Assembly (NCBI RefSeq): GCF_006345805.1
Contig: NC_042998.1
Coordinates: forward strand, 175,026,001-175,090,000
Direction: 5' to 3'
DNA: 64,000 nucleotides
Origin: Octopus sinensis
Lineage: Eukaryota
The notes beneath the pieces are model-generated. The model searched no databases and had not been told where the DNA came from. It worked only from the letters and a program-made list of their open reading frames with translations. Every line of letters starts with the position of its first letter. Positions within the stretch are counted from its first letter, which is position 1. Positions 1 to 10,290 of this stretch are shown here, piece after piece. The position numbers and the translations under genes were made by a program.

Positions 1-520
1 AAATCATTGTAAAGGCACACTGAAGGAGTAATCAAAAAGGCAAAAATGACAAAACTATTTGAGCTGTTTTGCTTACTCTTGCCCTCTGTTGTGACATTTC
101 AAATACTGAAAACACTTCAAGGGCAATTGTTCAAATAGTTGTGATAACAAGAATCTCATTGAAAATGTTTTCTCTCAGTTTAAAGTCCACAAAGTTAAAT
201 ACCTATATATTTGGTATACAGCAGAAATTGTTTCCCTATTATAAAATTCTTGTACATGTGTGTGTATGTTGATGATCTTGAAAAGGAATAAATAGCTTGC
301 ATGCATCTCTAGTTAACTAGAAATTAGTTTAATTTTTTTGTTTTTAAGTAATATATAAATATATCTTGTGTATACAAATATATACGGGATTGCTATTGTT
401 GAATTTGATGTTCCATGTAGATTATCTCCAAACAACAACAATAGTAAAACGTAGTTATAAATGATATAAGCAGATATTTATCAATTTATCATTCATTCAT
501 ATATATATATATATCAATAT

Positions 521-676
521 CATCATCATCATTTAACATCCGTTTTCCATGCAAGCATGGATTGGACGGTTCTATCAGGGTCTGGGAAGCCAGGAGGCTG
601 CACCAGGCTCCAGTCTGATCTGGCAGTGTTTCTACAGCTGGATGCCCTTCCTAACGCCAACCACTCCATGAGTGTA
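521..676 (-). mobile_element. Family C SINE-like element, 3' body plus (GAT)n tail, directly fused to the 5S copy
   Basis: Matches other copies (23167-23360, 5810-5973): tacactc..gagtggttggcgttaggaagggcatccagctgtagaaac...ggaaaacggatgttaaatgatgatg. Confidence 0.9.
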
Positions 677-788
677 AGCACCTAGGTTTCTCAAGCAGTC
701 ACCCATCTAAGTACTAACTAGTCTCGATGTTACTTAACTTCGGCGATCGTATGATAACCAGTGCTTTCAATGTGATATGGCTGTAAGC
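677..788 (-). rRNA. 5S rRNA-derived copy, 112 nt, lacking about 8 nt at the 3' end (probable retrocopy or pseudogene, not a tandem-array gene)
   Basis: Reverse complement GCTTACAGCCATATCACATTGAAAGCACTGGTTATCATACGATCGCCGAAGTTAAGTAACATCGAGACTAGTTAGTACTTAGATGGGTGACTGCTTGAGAAACCTAGGTGCT is colinear with metazoan 5S rRNA, including the box A-like AAGTTAAG, AGTA and box C-like GATGGGTG elements. It carries many transition-type changes and has no poly-T terminator. Confidence 0.9.
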
Positions 789-857
789 CATATCTATCTA
801 TCTATCTATCTATCTATATATAACGGACGTTAAATGATGGTGATGATGATGATGATG

Positions 858-918
<61 letters not shown>

Positions 919-1010
919 TGGATTGAACAGGCTTTGAAATGCACATTATAAGGTTATTGCCCAGATGATATATGTATTTATGACTTTTTATACACAATAT
1001 GTAATGTGTA

Positions 1011-1423
1011 TACTCTTTACTCTCTTTTACTCTTTTACTTGTTTCAGTCATTTGACTGCGGCCATGCTGGAGCACCGCCTTTAATCAAGCAACTCGACCC
1101 CGGGACTTATTCTTTGTAAGCCCAGTACTTATTCTATTGATCTCTTTTGCCGAACCGCTAAGTAACGGGGACATAAATACACCAGCATCGGTTGTCAAGC
1201 AATGCTAGGGGGACAAACACACAAACACACACACAAATATATATATATATATATATATACGACGGGCTTCTTTCAGTTTCCATCTACCAAATCCACTCAC
1301 AAGGCTTTAGTCGGCCCGGGGCTATAGCAGAAGACACTTGCCCAAGGTGCTATGCAGTGGGACTGAACCCGGAACCATGTGGTTGGTAAACAAGCTACTT
1401 ACCACACAGCCACTCCTGCGCCT
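1011..1423 (-). mobile_element. Family A tRNA-derived SINE, full length
   Basis: Head ggcgcaggagtggctgtgtgg (A box-like) and ggttcagtccc (B box-like), CORE-like ccttgggcaagtgtctt, internal (TA)n(CA)n tract, (aaagagta)n tail. Near-identical copies occur at 29263 and 41405. Confidence 0.9.
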
Positions 1424-2734
1424 GTGTGTATATAAAAATATAATTTTAACGTGTTTGCATTATGACCATACACTTGTAAGTTCTTAAGCTATCTCTTTTC
1501 ATTCTACACAATGTAGAAAATCAAGTGCAACTCTGTAGTCTGTCTATTTATTAATCTTAAAATCTACTTGTCACTTGTGTATGATTATTGCATCTTGGAA
1601 GAATCATTTTGACAACAGACTACAATATGACATGCACTTGTAAACCTAGTTTTTCATCTCATTTTACAATTAATTGTATCAAAGTCTCTAAACTACTTAT
1701 ACAAACTCCCCCCCCCCACACACACACACACACATTACTTGATCTTAAAAAGTAAGGCAAAAGAGGTTGGTTACAAATGGCAATGAAATGACTTTGACAA
1801 ACCTAGTTGACTGATTGGCCAAATGGTTAATTAAACAATCATTTGTTTAAACATTGATTGATTGACTAATGATAATAAAAGAAGTGAAACAAAATCAGTG
1901 TGTGTGTGTGTGTTTTATTGACATTGTGACCTTCCTAAGATACAACAAAATAAAGAAATAATGTTTTATCGGAATGTTTAAGATGCAACAAGACATGATT
2001 GTGAGGTACATACATTGAGGTTGAAGTGATTAAATTTTCATTAGCAGTTCAACTCTCCATCGCTTCATCAATGGCCACTTTTTCTCACAGATAAAGTTAT
2101 TATTGTTGATAATCCTCAGTCAGTTAATTTCCTAATATGCTTTATTGTTTAATCTTTGATCAACCAATCAAGCAGACCTACCATCAAAGACATTCTCATG
2201 GTGACTATCTGGTCTTTTTAATTTTCTTTTTATCAGATTTGTATTTTCTTTTTTTTCTTTTTAGTTGTATTGTGTAATTTAAGGGGCATTTGGCTCCTAT
2301 TTTCATCTGATCAATCTTATACTGGTCTTTGTTTAGTCCTAGCTCAGCCCTGATTGTTCAGGCCTAATAATCCCACTTTCATGCCAGGCATATTACATCT
2401 AGGAGTGCATTATCCAGTGTTTTCTTCTCAATTTGAAACTGAGGTGTAATTTAAAGATTTGGCTGCTATTCCTAGCAGTTCAAGCAACTGCACATTGGCT
2501 TTTTTGACTCAGTCTTCTGCTGGTTTAAAAAATAGGCAAAACTGGTCTTTGGACATCTCAGCATTCTTTTAAAAAAATATGTTGCTGCTACCTTTTTATA
2601 TTTTCTGATTATTTTTTTTTTTTATGCATCCGGACAGCATTTGTATACAAACATTATTTCTAATTTGTTTCATTGCATCTTGGAAATATCAGAACCTCTT
2701 TACTTCACATGCCATATATATATATATATATATA

Positions 2735-2825
2735 TAATATGCTTTATTTAAAAGCAGCAGAAATTCAACAACCTGTTACTCACAGGTTTTGTTGAATTTC
2801 TGCTGCTTTTAAATAAAGCATATTA
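2735..2825. repeat. Long inverted repeat with perfect 36-bp arms
   Basis: 2735-2770 taatatgctttatttaaaagcagcagaaattcaaca is the exact reverse complement of 2790-2825. Inner 6-bp stem acctgt/acaggt with a 5-nt loop. Confidence 0.95.
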
Positions 2826-2895
2826 CTCTACTCCTGGTATTTGAGTACTCTTTTTTCCACCTTGTTTCACATTTATGTTTTTACTCCGTTATATA

Positions 2896-2966
<71 letters not shown>

Positions 2967-3480
2967 CGTGCGCGCGTGTATGTGTGTATCAGTTGACACA
3001 AAAACTGGTTACAGGTTACATCACTGATATGTTTTCTATGTCAAGTGTAGCTGTCATAGATAAACAGTCAACTACACTAAATCATCCACGCTTTCTTCTC
3101 TACCCCCTCCCTCTCTTACATAGCTCTTTCATCCTTATTTCAATATGACCCTTCTCTGCATAACAATTATCTACATACCTATTCCTCCTTTCCTCCATGT
3201 TGCCTCCTTTATTGGAAAAATAAAGCCATGCTATATATCTATATCTATTAATGTATCTGTCTGCCTGTGCCAGGGAGACTTTTTTTTTGTTTTTTTGTTT
3301 TGTTTTTTGGTCTTTAAGTAGCACATACCATTATTCATTTTGTGCTTATTGAATATGATTATTATTATTTTTTTTAAAATTTTCAGCAGTTTTATTTTCA
3401 TTGTACGTTCACTGCACAGCTAAGTGGAGTTCTGTGTGACTTCTATAGGTACAGTGTTTTGTTTTGGATTTGGGTATTCT

Positions 3481-3730
3481 GATACCCTTCTACAGGCTAC
3501 TTCAAAGACAAGTGGCAATGACCTCATCTTTGCGGCTGGAGGTTTTAATGGGCATGTTGGGCGGCAATCCAGTATCTTCACAGGTGTACATGGGGTCCAT
3601 GGTATTGGTTTCCAAAATGATGAGGGAACTAGGCTACTGGAGTTCTGTGATGCATGTAACCTTTTAATCTGCAACACTAACTTCAGGAAGCCAGACAGCC
3701 ACCTGATAACCTATCAATCAGGTGAATCTG
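3481..3730 (+). mobile_element. RTE-clade LINE apurinic-type endonuclease fragment
   Basis: Translation GGFNGHVG...GVHGVHGIGFQNDEGTRLLEFCDACNLLICNTNFRKPDSHLITYQSG matches the GDFNGHVG / RN.EG.RLLEFC / NT.F.K...HL.TY.SG motifs of RTE endonucleases. Confidence 0.85.
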
Positions 3731-3956
3731 CTAGCCAGTATCCCAGTTCCAAGACATACACATCATATGTGTGACAATTAAATCCCTGATATACAGTTCC
3801 TCTTGAAATCACTTGTTTCTGTAACGGAAAATTTATTCCATAAAATGCTTTACAGCATATTATAGAATCTCTAACATTAGGATTTCATATTTTGTTCTTT
3901 CTTGGCAGTCTTTAATTCAAGGTGTGTTTGATTCATGTTTTCCTTAGGTAAGCACT

Positions 3957-4400
3957 TTAACACTTTAGCATCTAAACTAGCCATATCCAACTTGAATATT
4001 CTACCTGTTTTATGTTCAAACTGTCCTAATTTGACATCTCATACTTACCCTACAATATAATTCTAAAAATAAACAATTACATCATCAAAATCTTGACACT
4101 ACAAGGTAATGCATAATTAATTCAAAACAATGTGAATAAATAAACATTACAGTTGACAAATTAAGTCTTCTTCATTAACCCTTTAGCATTTAAAATGGTC
4201 ATATCAGGCCCAAATATTCTACCTGTTTTATGTTCAAATTGGCCAGATCTGGCATCTTGCACCTACCCTACAATGTAATTCTGAAAATAAAGTCACACAA
4301 TCAAAATTACAAAGCTATGAGATAATGCATGATTAATTCAAAACAATGCGAATACATAAGCGTTGCATTTGGCAAATTAATCTGAACACTAAAAGGTGAA
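3957..4400 (+). mobile_element. Two tandem copies of an approximately 220-bp TTAA-flanked MITE (piggyBac-like ends)
   Basis: Copies begin ttaacactttagcat (3957) and ttaaccctttagcat (4175) and share aatattctacctgttttatgttcaaa and taattcaaaacaatg. The second ends aacactaaaaggtgaa, a decayed inverted terminus. Confidence 0.75.
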
Positions 4401-5202
4401 AAAAGACACTTCTATAAATGTTTTTTCCAAGATCATACATTCTACAACAGCAGCCAAATCTCTCACAAGTTACTCCTTACTTATCTTTAAAACATGTGGT
4501 TATGGAAAGCCTTTGATCATAGGTCTGCTCTATCAAAGCTGACCTATGGCCAAGCAACAGCAAAATATCGTTCATTGTTATATTGTTTTTGTAGTGGCAC
4601 TATAATAATAACTGTGTAGTATTTAAACAAATATTTTAAGTATATATATGGTTATGAACTAATTAACTTTAAAAAAATTTGTTCTCTGAAACAGGCTTTT
4701 TTGTTTTTTATATTTTCTTTATGTGAACAGAAAAAATATTTTCCTATTTATTCAAGAAGTAAAACTCAATTTTTTTTTGTCTGTTCACTTCATAAAACTT
4801 ATTGTTCTTATATTTTAATATGCTTTTAAAAATGTTTCCCTATATTGTTTCTTTTCAGGCTTTCTGGACTAATTGATTTTTACTTTACCCATTTTTATTA
4901 CATTTATTAAAGGATTAAATTTATTTTCAAGTAAGTGTTCAATTATTTTCCATTTTTGTGTAAGCATCTATAAAATGTGATAATTAGGTTTTCCATCTGT
5001 TAACTTCATCTTTAGGAACAAACTTTTTCACAATATTTACATCTATACTATCAGTAAAAGGTGGGAGTTTTAATTCACATGGCTATTGTATATATCTTAC
5101 AAAGTGGGAAATTTTACAATACAAATACACACTTTGCTGATTGTTTAAACATACACACAGCCAATTTGACTCTAATACATGAAAGTTGAGATATTCATTA
5201 AT

Positions 5203-5552
5203 CACTAGCACTATGACATGGCATTGCCGGGTCATAATGCTAGTGCATGCATATACAGCTGCCTGCATGCGCACATACACGTGAGTACTGTCTAAATCTC
5301 CGACCTATCACATACAGCTAGCTGGCATTCAATTGGTGTATCAAGTTTCGGGCATTTTGATTCACAAAAAAGTCACTTCTATTGATTTTTTTAATGGCTT
5401 TGCAGGGTGACTGGGGGAAATGTAAAGATGTGCACAACCACCCTTGGACGGTTTTGAATGACCATAGAAAGTGCGAGCCCTCTAACTGAAAAATTGTGGA
5501 TTTGTATAAAGGACACGCACACAGATATTTTGCCGTTTATATATAGAAAGAT
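5203..5552 (+). mobile_element. Probable non-autonomous Helitron/Helentron-like repeat
   Basis: Starts ACTAG with a hairpin (cactagcactatgac...gtcataatgctagtg), retains CpGs and ends gccgtttatatatagaaagat. The class assignment is an inference from terminal structure only. Confidence 0.4.
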
Positions 5553-5580
5553 AATGAAAATCAAAATCAAAATCGATCAG

Positions 5581-5973
5581 CATCAATGGAAATTGCAGCT
5601 GTGATACCAGTGCCGGTGGTACGTAAGAGAACCATCCGAATGTGGCCGTTGCCAGCGCCGCCTTGACTGGCCCCATGCTGGTGGCACATAAAAAGCACCA
5701 TCCAATTGTGGCCATTGCCAGCCTCGCCTGGCCCCCGTGCCAGTGGCATGTAAAAAGCACCATCCGATCGTGGCCGTTTGCCACCCTCGTCTGGCACGTA
5801 AAAGCACCCACTACACTCACAGAGTGGTTGGCATTAGGAAAGGCATCCAGCCGTAGAAACATTGCCAGTTCAGACTGGGCCTGGTGCAGCCTGCTGGCTT
5901 CCTAGACACCAGTTGAACCGTCCAACCCATGCTAGCATGGAAAGCGGACGCTAAACGACGATGATGATGATGA
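5581..5973 (+). mobile_element. Family C element with internal 60-65 bp tandem modules and (GAT)n tail
   Basis: Modules gtggcac.taaaaagcaccatcc...tggcc.ttgccagc at 5616, 5681 and 5743, followed by the aggaa.ggcatccagc body and gatgatgat tail. Confidence 0.9.
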
Positions 5974-8255
5974 TGAGATACTTGTAGTATCCTTAAAGGA
6001 TTATTGTAGTGAGGATGAATTTTATACCCTTGTATCTGTAAAATTCTCTCTCTCTCTCTCACACCAAAATGCATATGCTTTGTCCTTTGTGAGGCTCTTT
6101 ACTAAATGGAAACTGAAAGAGGTTTGTCATATGTGTATGCATGTATTTGTGCAAATGTTCACATTCTACTTGTGACATGAATGTTTGTGGTTGGGCTGCA
6201 ATTGTTTATGGTTATTGACATTTCCTGTCGACGAATTATTCACTAGTTCTGCACTCTCAAATTCCTCTGGAATATAAGAATCCCTTACTTGACAAGCTGA
6301 TGAATTTTGGTGACAGGAAGAGTGTTCAGCCATAAAAGTCTTGCCTCAAATACATCTTCCATTTAAGCCATGCCAACATGGAAAAACAGACATTAAATGT
6401 GCAAATAATATTTTAATCAGTTTAATCCCCAGTTGTCATAAGATATCTTAGTCTTGATCCAAACGAGTAATATTTATTTCTAAAATAAATCTGAGAACAT
6501 TCGTATTCACTAGGCCATAGACACATGTACACTTCTGAAGCAAGACCAAATAATGTTTTTATCCACTTGGCAATTGCTGCAGTGATGTGGGTCAATGTTT
6601 TAGTGGATAAGAATGTTATTACTCTTGGTTTAGAAATAAAGGTTCCTTGTTTTGAACCAGTCAGGGATTATGTAAACAGTCATGAATAAGACGTCTAATG
6701 ACAATCAGATACCAAACCAATGGAAATGCAATGTGGATGTAAATATTAAAAAAAAAAAAGAAAGAAAAATGAAATTATTGGTCTGGAAAATGATTCTTTA
6801 TTAACGACTTATTTCAGGTTTTTAAGCCTTTAATAAGAATAATGTGAGGCTTGAAAATGAATACAAGTGTGGAATTGTAATTCACGTACTTGTGGGGGTG
6901 TTTATTCTTAGATCTATCATTTGTGGAATTTTTATACCTAAACCTGTGGGTTTTCTATACACAAAATGGTTTTAATGTGCACAGGTGTGGGAATTTAATA
7001 TGTAAATTTTTTTATTTTTAATATGCACACAAATTAAGTTGTGTCTATTCATCTCTAGATTATTACATTTTTATACACTGTGATATTGTTGCTTTTCCTA
7101 TTTTTCTTTTTTTTTGAGCCTTGGTGTGGCAGCTGGGAATTTTAATTCACATGGCTATTGTATTTATAACTTACAAACAGGGATATTTTTCAATACACAC
7201 TTTGCTGATTGATTAAACATACACACAGGCGTTTGACTCTAATTCATGAAAGCTTGGATATTCAGTTTTCTTTTTTTTTTTTTTTTTTTTACTTATAATT
7301 GTAGTACCCTTAAAGCCTTACTCTGACGGCGGTGGTGGGTTACTCCCACAAGTCTGTGGAATTCTCTCATAAACTCTGACACTACATGTTCACTCAGATA
7401 CATATGCTTTCTCTCTTCTTTCTCCATCATATCCACATATACATATGAACATTTCATGCTGCAGACATTGTGGGATTGTAATATATTAATTGCAGAACTT
7501 TAGAATTTTCATAGGCATTATTAATTTAATAGCAAGGAGACGTTAAGTGGTTGTGATTATGTTCTTATGTCTAATTAGTGGAACAAGGAGCAAACACAAC
7601 AATTTTAATGTTTCAATAGTAACCTGATAACCCTCAACTCAAATCTCAGTTGCTGAATTGTCACATTTTAATATTTCTATATCTTTTCTGGATCAAATGT
7701 AACACTTTTCACAGGTGGATGAAATTTCTCTTCATTTTATCTTGAACATTGATCACTTGTTTAAGCCAATTTTTTTATTATTTTAAGAATCTATAGAAAG
7801 GCAATTGAATAAGTTATTTTATTAGTATTTTCACAACCTTTGAAATATGGATTTTAGTTTTTCTTGTTGTGGTCATTAAAATATAGAATTTATAATCCTA
7901 GCATTTAAAATACTGGTTTCTTTATAGAAATCTTCTTAAGTAGAAAATCATAGACAGACTGCATGTCGTGCTCAAGGGGATTATAAAGCTTTCATTAAGG
8001 TATCTGCAGTCCCAAATAGCAGCAAGTCCTGGACAACTATGATTGTGGCAAAGTTTCAATCCCTAGTTGAACTATTTCACTTAACTTGTTCTAGGGCTCT
8101 TTCGTTCTGGTTGAGAAATTAACATTTTTCATTTCTAATATCTTCATTACATTCTTTGCTATTATTTATTATAGGATAAATTTATAGATTTCAATTAGCA
8201 CAGCACTTGTAAAATTTAAACTTAATTAGAATACAATTAAAATATATCTTTTTAG

Positions 8256-8598
8256 CTTTTACTTGTTTCAGTCATTAGACTGCAGCCATGCTGGGGCACT
8301 ATCTTGAAGGCGTTTAGTCAAACGGATTGACCCCCCCCCCCTCAGTGTTTTTTAAAAAAAATCTTTGAAGTCTGGTATTTGTCTATCAGTCTCTTTTGCT
8401 AGACCACTGAGTTATGGGGATGTAAACACACCAACACTAGTTGTCAAGCAGTGGTGGGGGACAAACAAAGACACATACACATAGACGCACACACACACAC
8501 ACATGATGACTTCTTTTAGCTTCCATCTACCAAATTCACTCACAAGGTTTTGGTCAGCTCAGGGCTATAGTAGAAGACACTTGTTCAAGATGCCATGC
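8256..8598 (-). mobile_element. Family A SINE, diverged
   Basis: Colinear with 1011-1423 (ttttacttgtttcagtcat...gaagacactt). Confidence 0.8.
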
Positions 8599-8977
8599 TA
8601 CACAGTCATGCCAGTACCTTTGTGTGTAAATTAAACTTAAATACAATGTGCCATTGCAAAAACTGTCTTTTTATATAAATAAATTCCCTGTGGACAAGAA
8701 AAAAGGATCAGCTGGATCAGTTTCAATCCTTTATTGGGATTTCTTCAGTAATTGAGTACCTTTCCATCACTGTCCAATGGAAATCTTATCTAAATAGACA
8801 GTTATTAAAGGTTTCACTTAATGAGAAAAATCAATCTGCATAAATAAAGCATTTTTAAGGTGGTTCAGTTAATAAATTACTGAGGTGTCAGCAGTATTTC
8901 ATTATTCTGTTATAATGTACTAGAATAAATCTATAGATTTCAGTCAAAACTGCTTGTATAAATTAAACATCATTAAA

Positions 8978-9037
8978 TACGCACTTTTGACAAGTTGTGG
9001 TGCACCTGAGCACTGTATACAATAATTTCATTATTAT
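8978..9037 (+). mobile_element. Short shared 3'-end-like fragment (family E; possibly a LINE 3' UTR)
   Basis: gcacttttgacaagttgtggtgcacctgagcactgtatacaataatttcattattat recurs reverse-complemented at 44821-44870 and 60083-60190, always ending in (TTA)n. Confidence 0.7.
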
Positions 9038-9048
9038 ATATAGATATA

Positions 9049-9198
9049 TTGGTGTTAGAAAGGGCATCCAGCCGTAGAAACACTGCCAGATCTGACTGGG
9101 CCTGATGAAGCCTTCCGGCTTCACAGACCCCAGTTGAACCGTCCAGCCCGTGCTAGCATGGAAAACGGACGCTAAATGATAATGATGATGATGATGAT
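9049..9198 (+). mobile_element. Family C element, 5'-truncated
   Basis: ttggtgttagaaagggcatccagccgtagaaac...ggacgctaaatgataatgatgatg. Confidence 0.85.
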
Positions 9199-9221
9199 AC
9201 CAAACACTTGAATTTTTTTGT

Positions 9222-9464
9222 AGGCACAGGAGTGGCTGTGTATTGCTTACCAACCACATGGTCCCAGGTTCAGTCCCATTGTGTGGTACCTTGGACAAGT
9301 GTCTTCTACTATAGCCTCAGGCTGACCAAAGCCTAGTCAGTGGATTTGGTAGATGGAAACTGAAAGAAGACCGTCGTATATATATATATATATATATATG
9401 TATATGTTTCTCCCCCTACCATTGCTTGACAACCAATGCCTGTGTGCTTAGCAGTTTGGCAAAT
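9222..9464 (+). mobile_element. Family A SINE, partial
   Basis: aggcacaggagtggctgtg head, ggttcagtccc B box-like motif and (TA)n tract. Confidence 0.85.
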
Positions 9465-9543
9465 TGTGAATAGTTATGAATGAGTACTCAATTGTTTATG
9501 ACTATCCATTGTAAAAAAAAAAAAAATTTGTTTTACGCAAGAA

Positions 9544-9785
9544 TGGCTGTGTGGTAAGCATAGGCACAGGAGTGGCTGTGTGGTAAGCATAGGCACAGGA
9601 GTGGCTGTGTGGTAAGCATAAGCACAGGAGTGGATGTGTGGTAAGTAGCTTGCTTACCAACCACATGGTTCCGGGTTCATTCCCACTGCATGGCACCATG
9701 GGCAAATATCTTCTACTATAGCCTCGGGCTGACCAAAGCCTTGTGAGTGGACTTGATAGATGGAAACTGAAAGAAGCCCGTCGTA

Positions 9786-9842
<57 letters not shown>

Positions 9843-9853
9843 GTATATATATG

Positions 9854-9892
<39 letters not shown>

Positions 9893-9903
9893 GTATATAT
9901 ATG

Positions 9904-9942
<39 letters not shown>

Positions 9943-10290
9943 GTATATATATGTATGTATGTATATATATGTATGTATGTATATATATGTATGTATGTAT
10001 ATATATGTATGTATGTATATATATGTATGTATGTATGTATATATATGTATGTATGTATGTATGTGTGTGTATATGTTTGTGTGTCTGTGTTTGTCCTCCC
10101 AACATTGCTTGATAACCGATGGTAGTGTGTTTACGTCCCTGTAACTTAGCGATCTGGCAAAAGAGTCTGATAGAATAAGTACTAGGCTTCCAAAGAATAA
10201 GTCCTGGGGTTGATTTGCTCGACTAAAGGCGGTGCTCCAGCATGGCCACAGTCAAATGACTGAAACAAGTAAAAGAGAGTAAAAAGAGTA
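9544..10290 (+). mobile_element. Family A SINE with multimerised 5' head and expanded internal microsatellite
   Basis: 29-bp head unit repeated at 9562 and 9591 (partial at 9544). About 290 bp of (TA)/(TATG) repeat at 9784-10072, then a normal 3' half and tail. Confidence 0.9.

Noticed and set aside
677-788. Functional 5S rRNA gene
   Set aside because: Single copy, 3'-truncated, no T-run terminator, many substitutions and fused to a SINE body.
830-1389. ORFs such as MLQHG...SQMTETSK and ...EDTCPRCHAVGLNPEPCGW, recurring at 21103, 22696, 22904 and 41599
   Set aside because: They are SINE family A translations repeated at every copy, not genes.
3909-3947. Strong acceptor and donor (cttggcag ... 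AG|gtaagc)
   Set aside because: All three frames contain a stop. It could only be a non-coding or poison exon, which I cannot support.
5482-6074. Cluster of GC-rich ORFs on both strands
   Set aside because: They fall within family C tandem modules; the same peptides recur at 35158, 42930, 45423 and 52456.
9716-10144. Four long overlapping ORFs (YI/HT/CM repeats)
   Set aside because: They are translations of a stop-free (TA)/(TATG) microsatellite inside a SINE.
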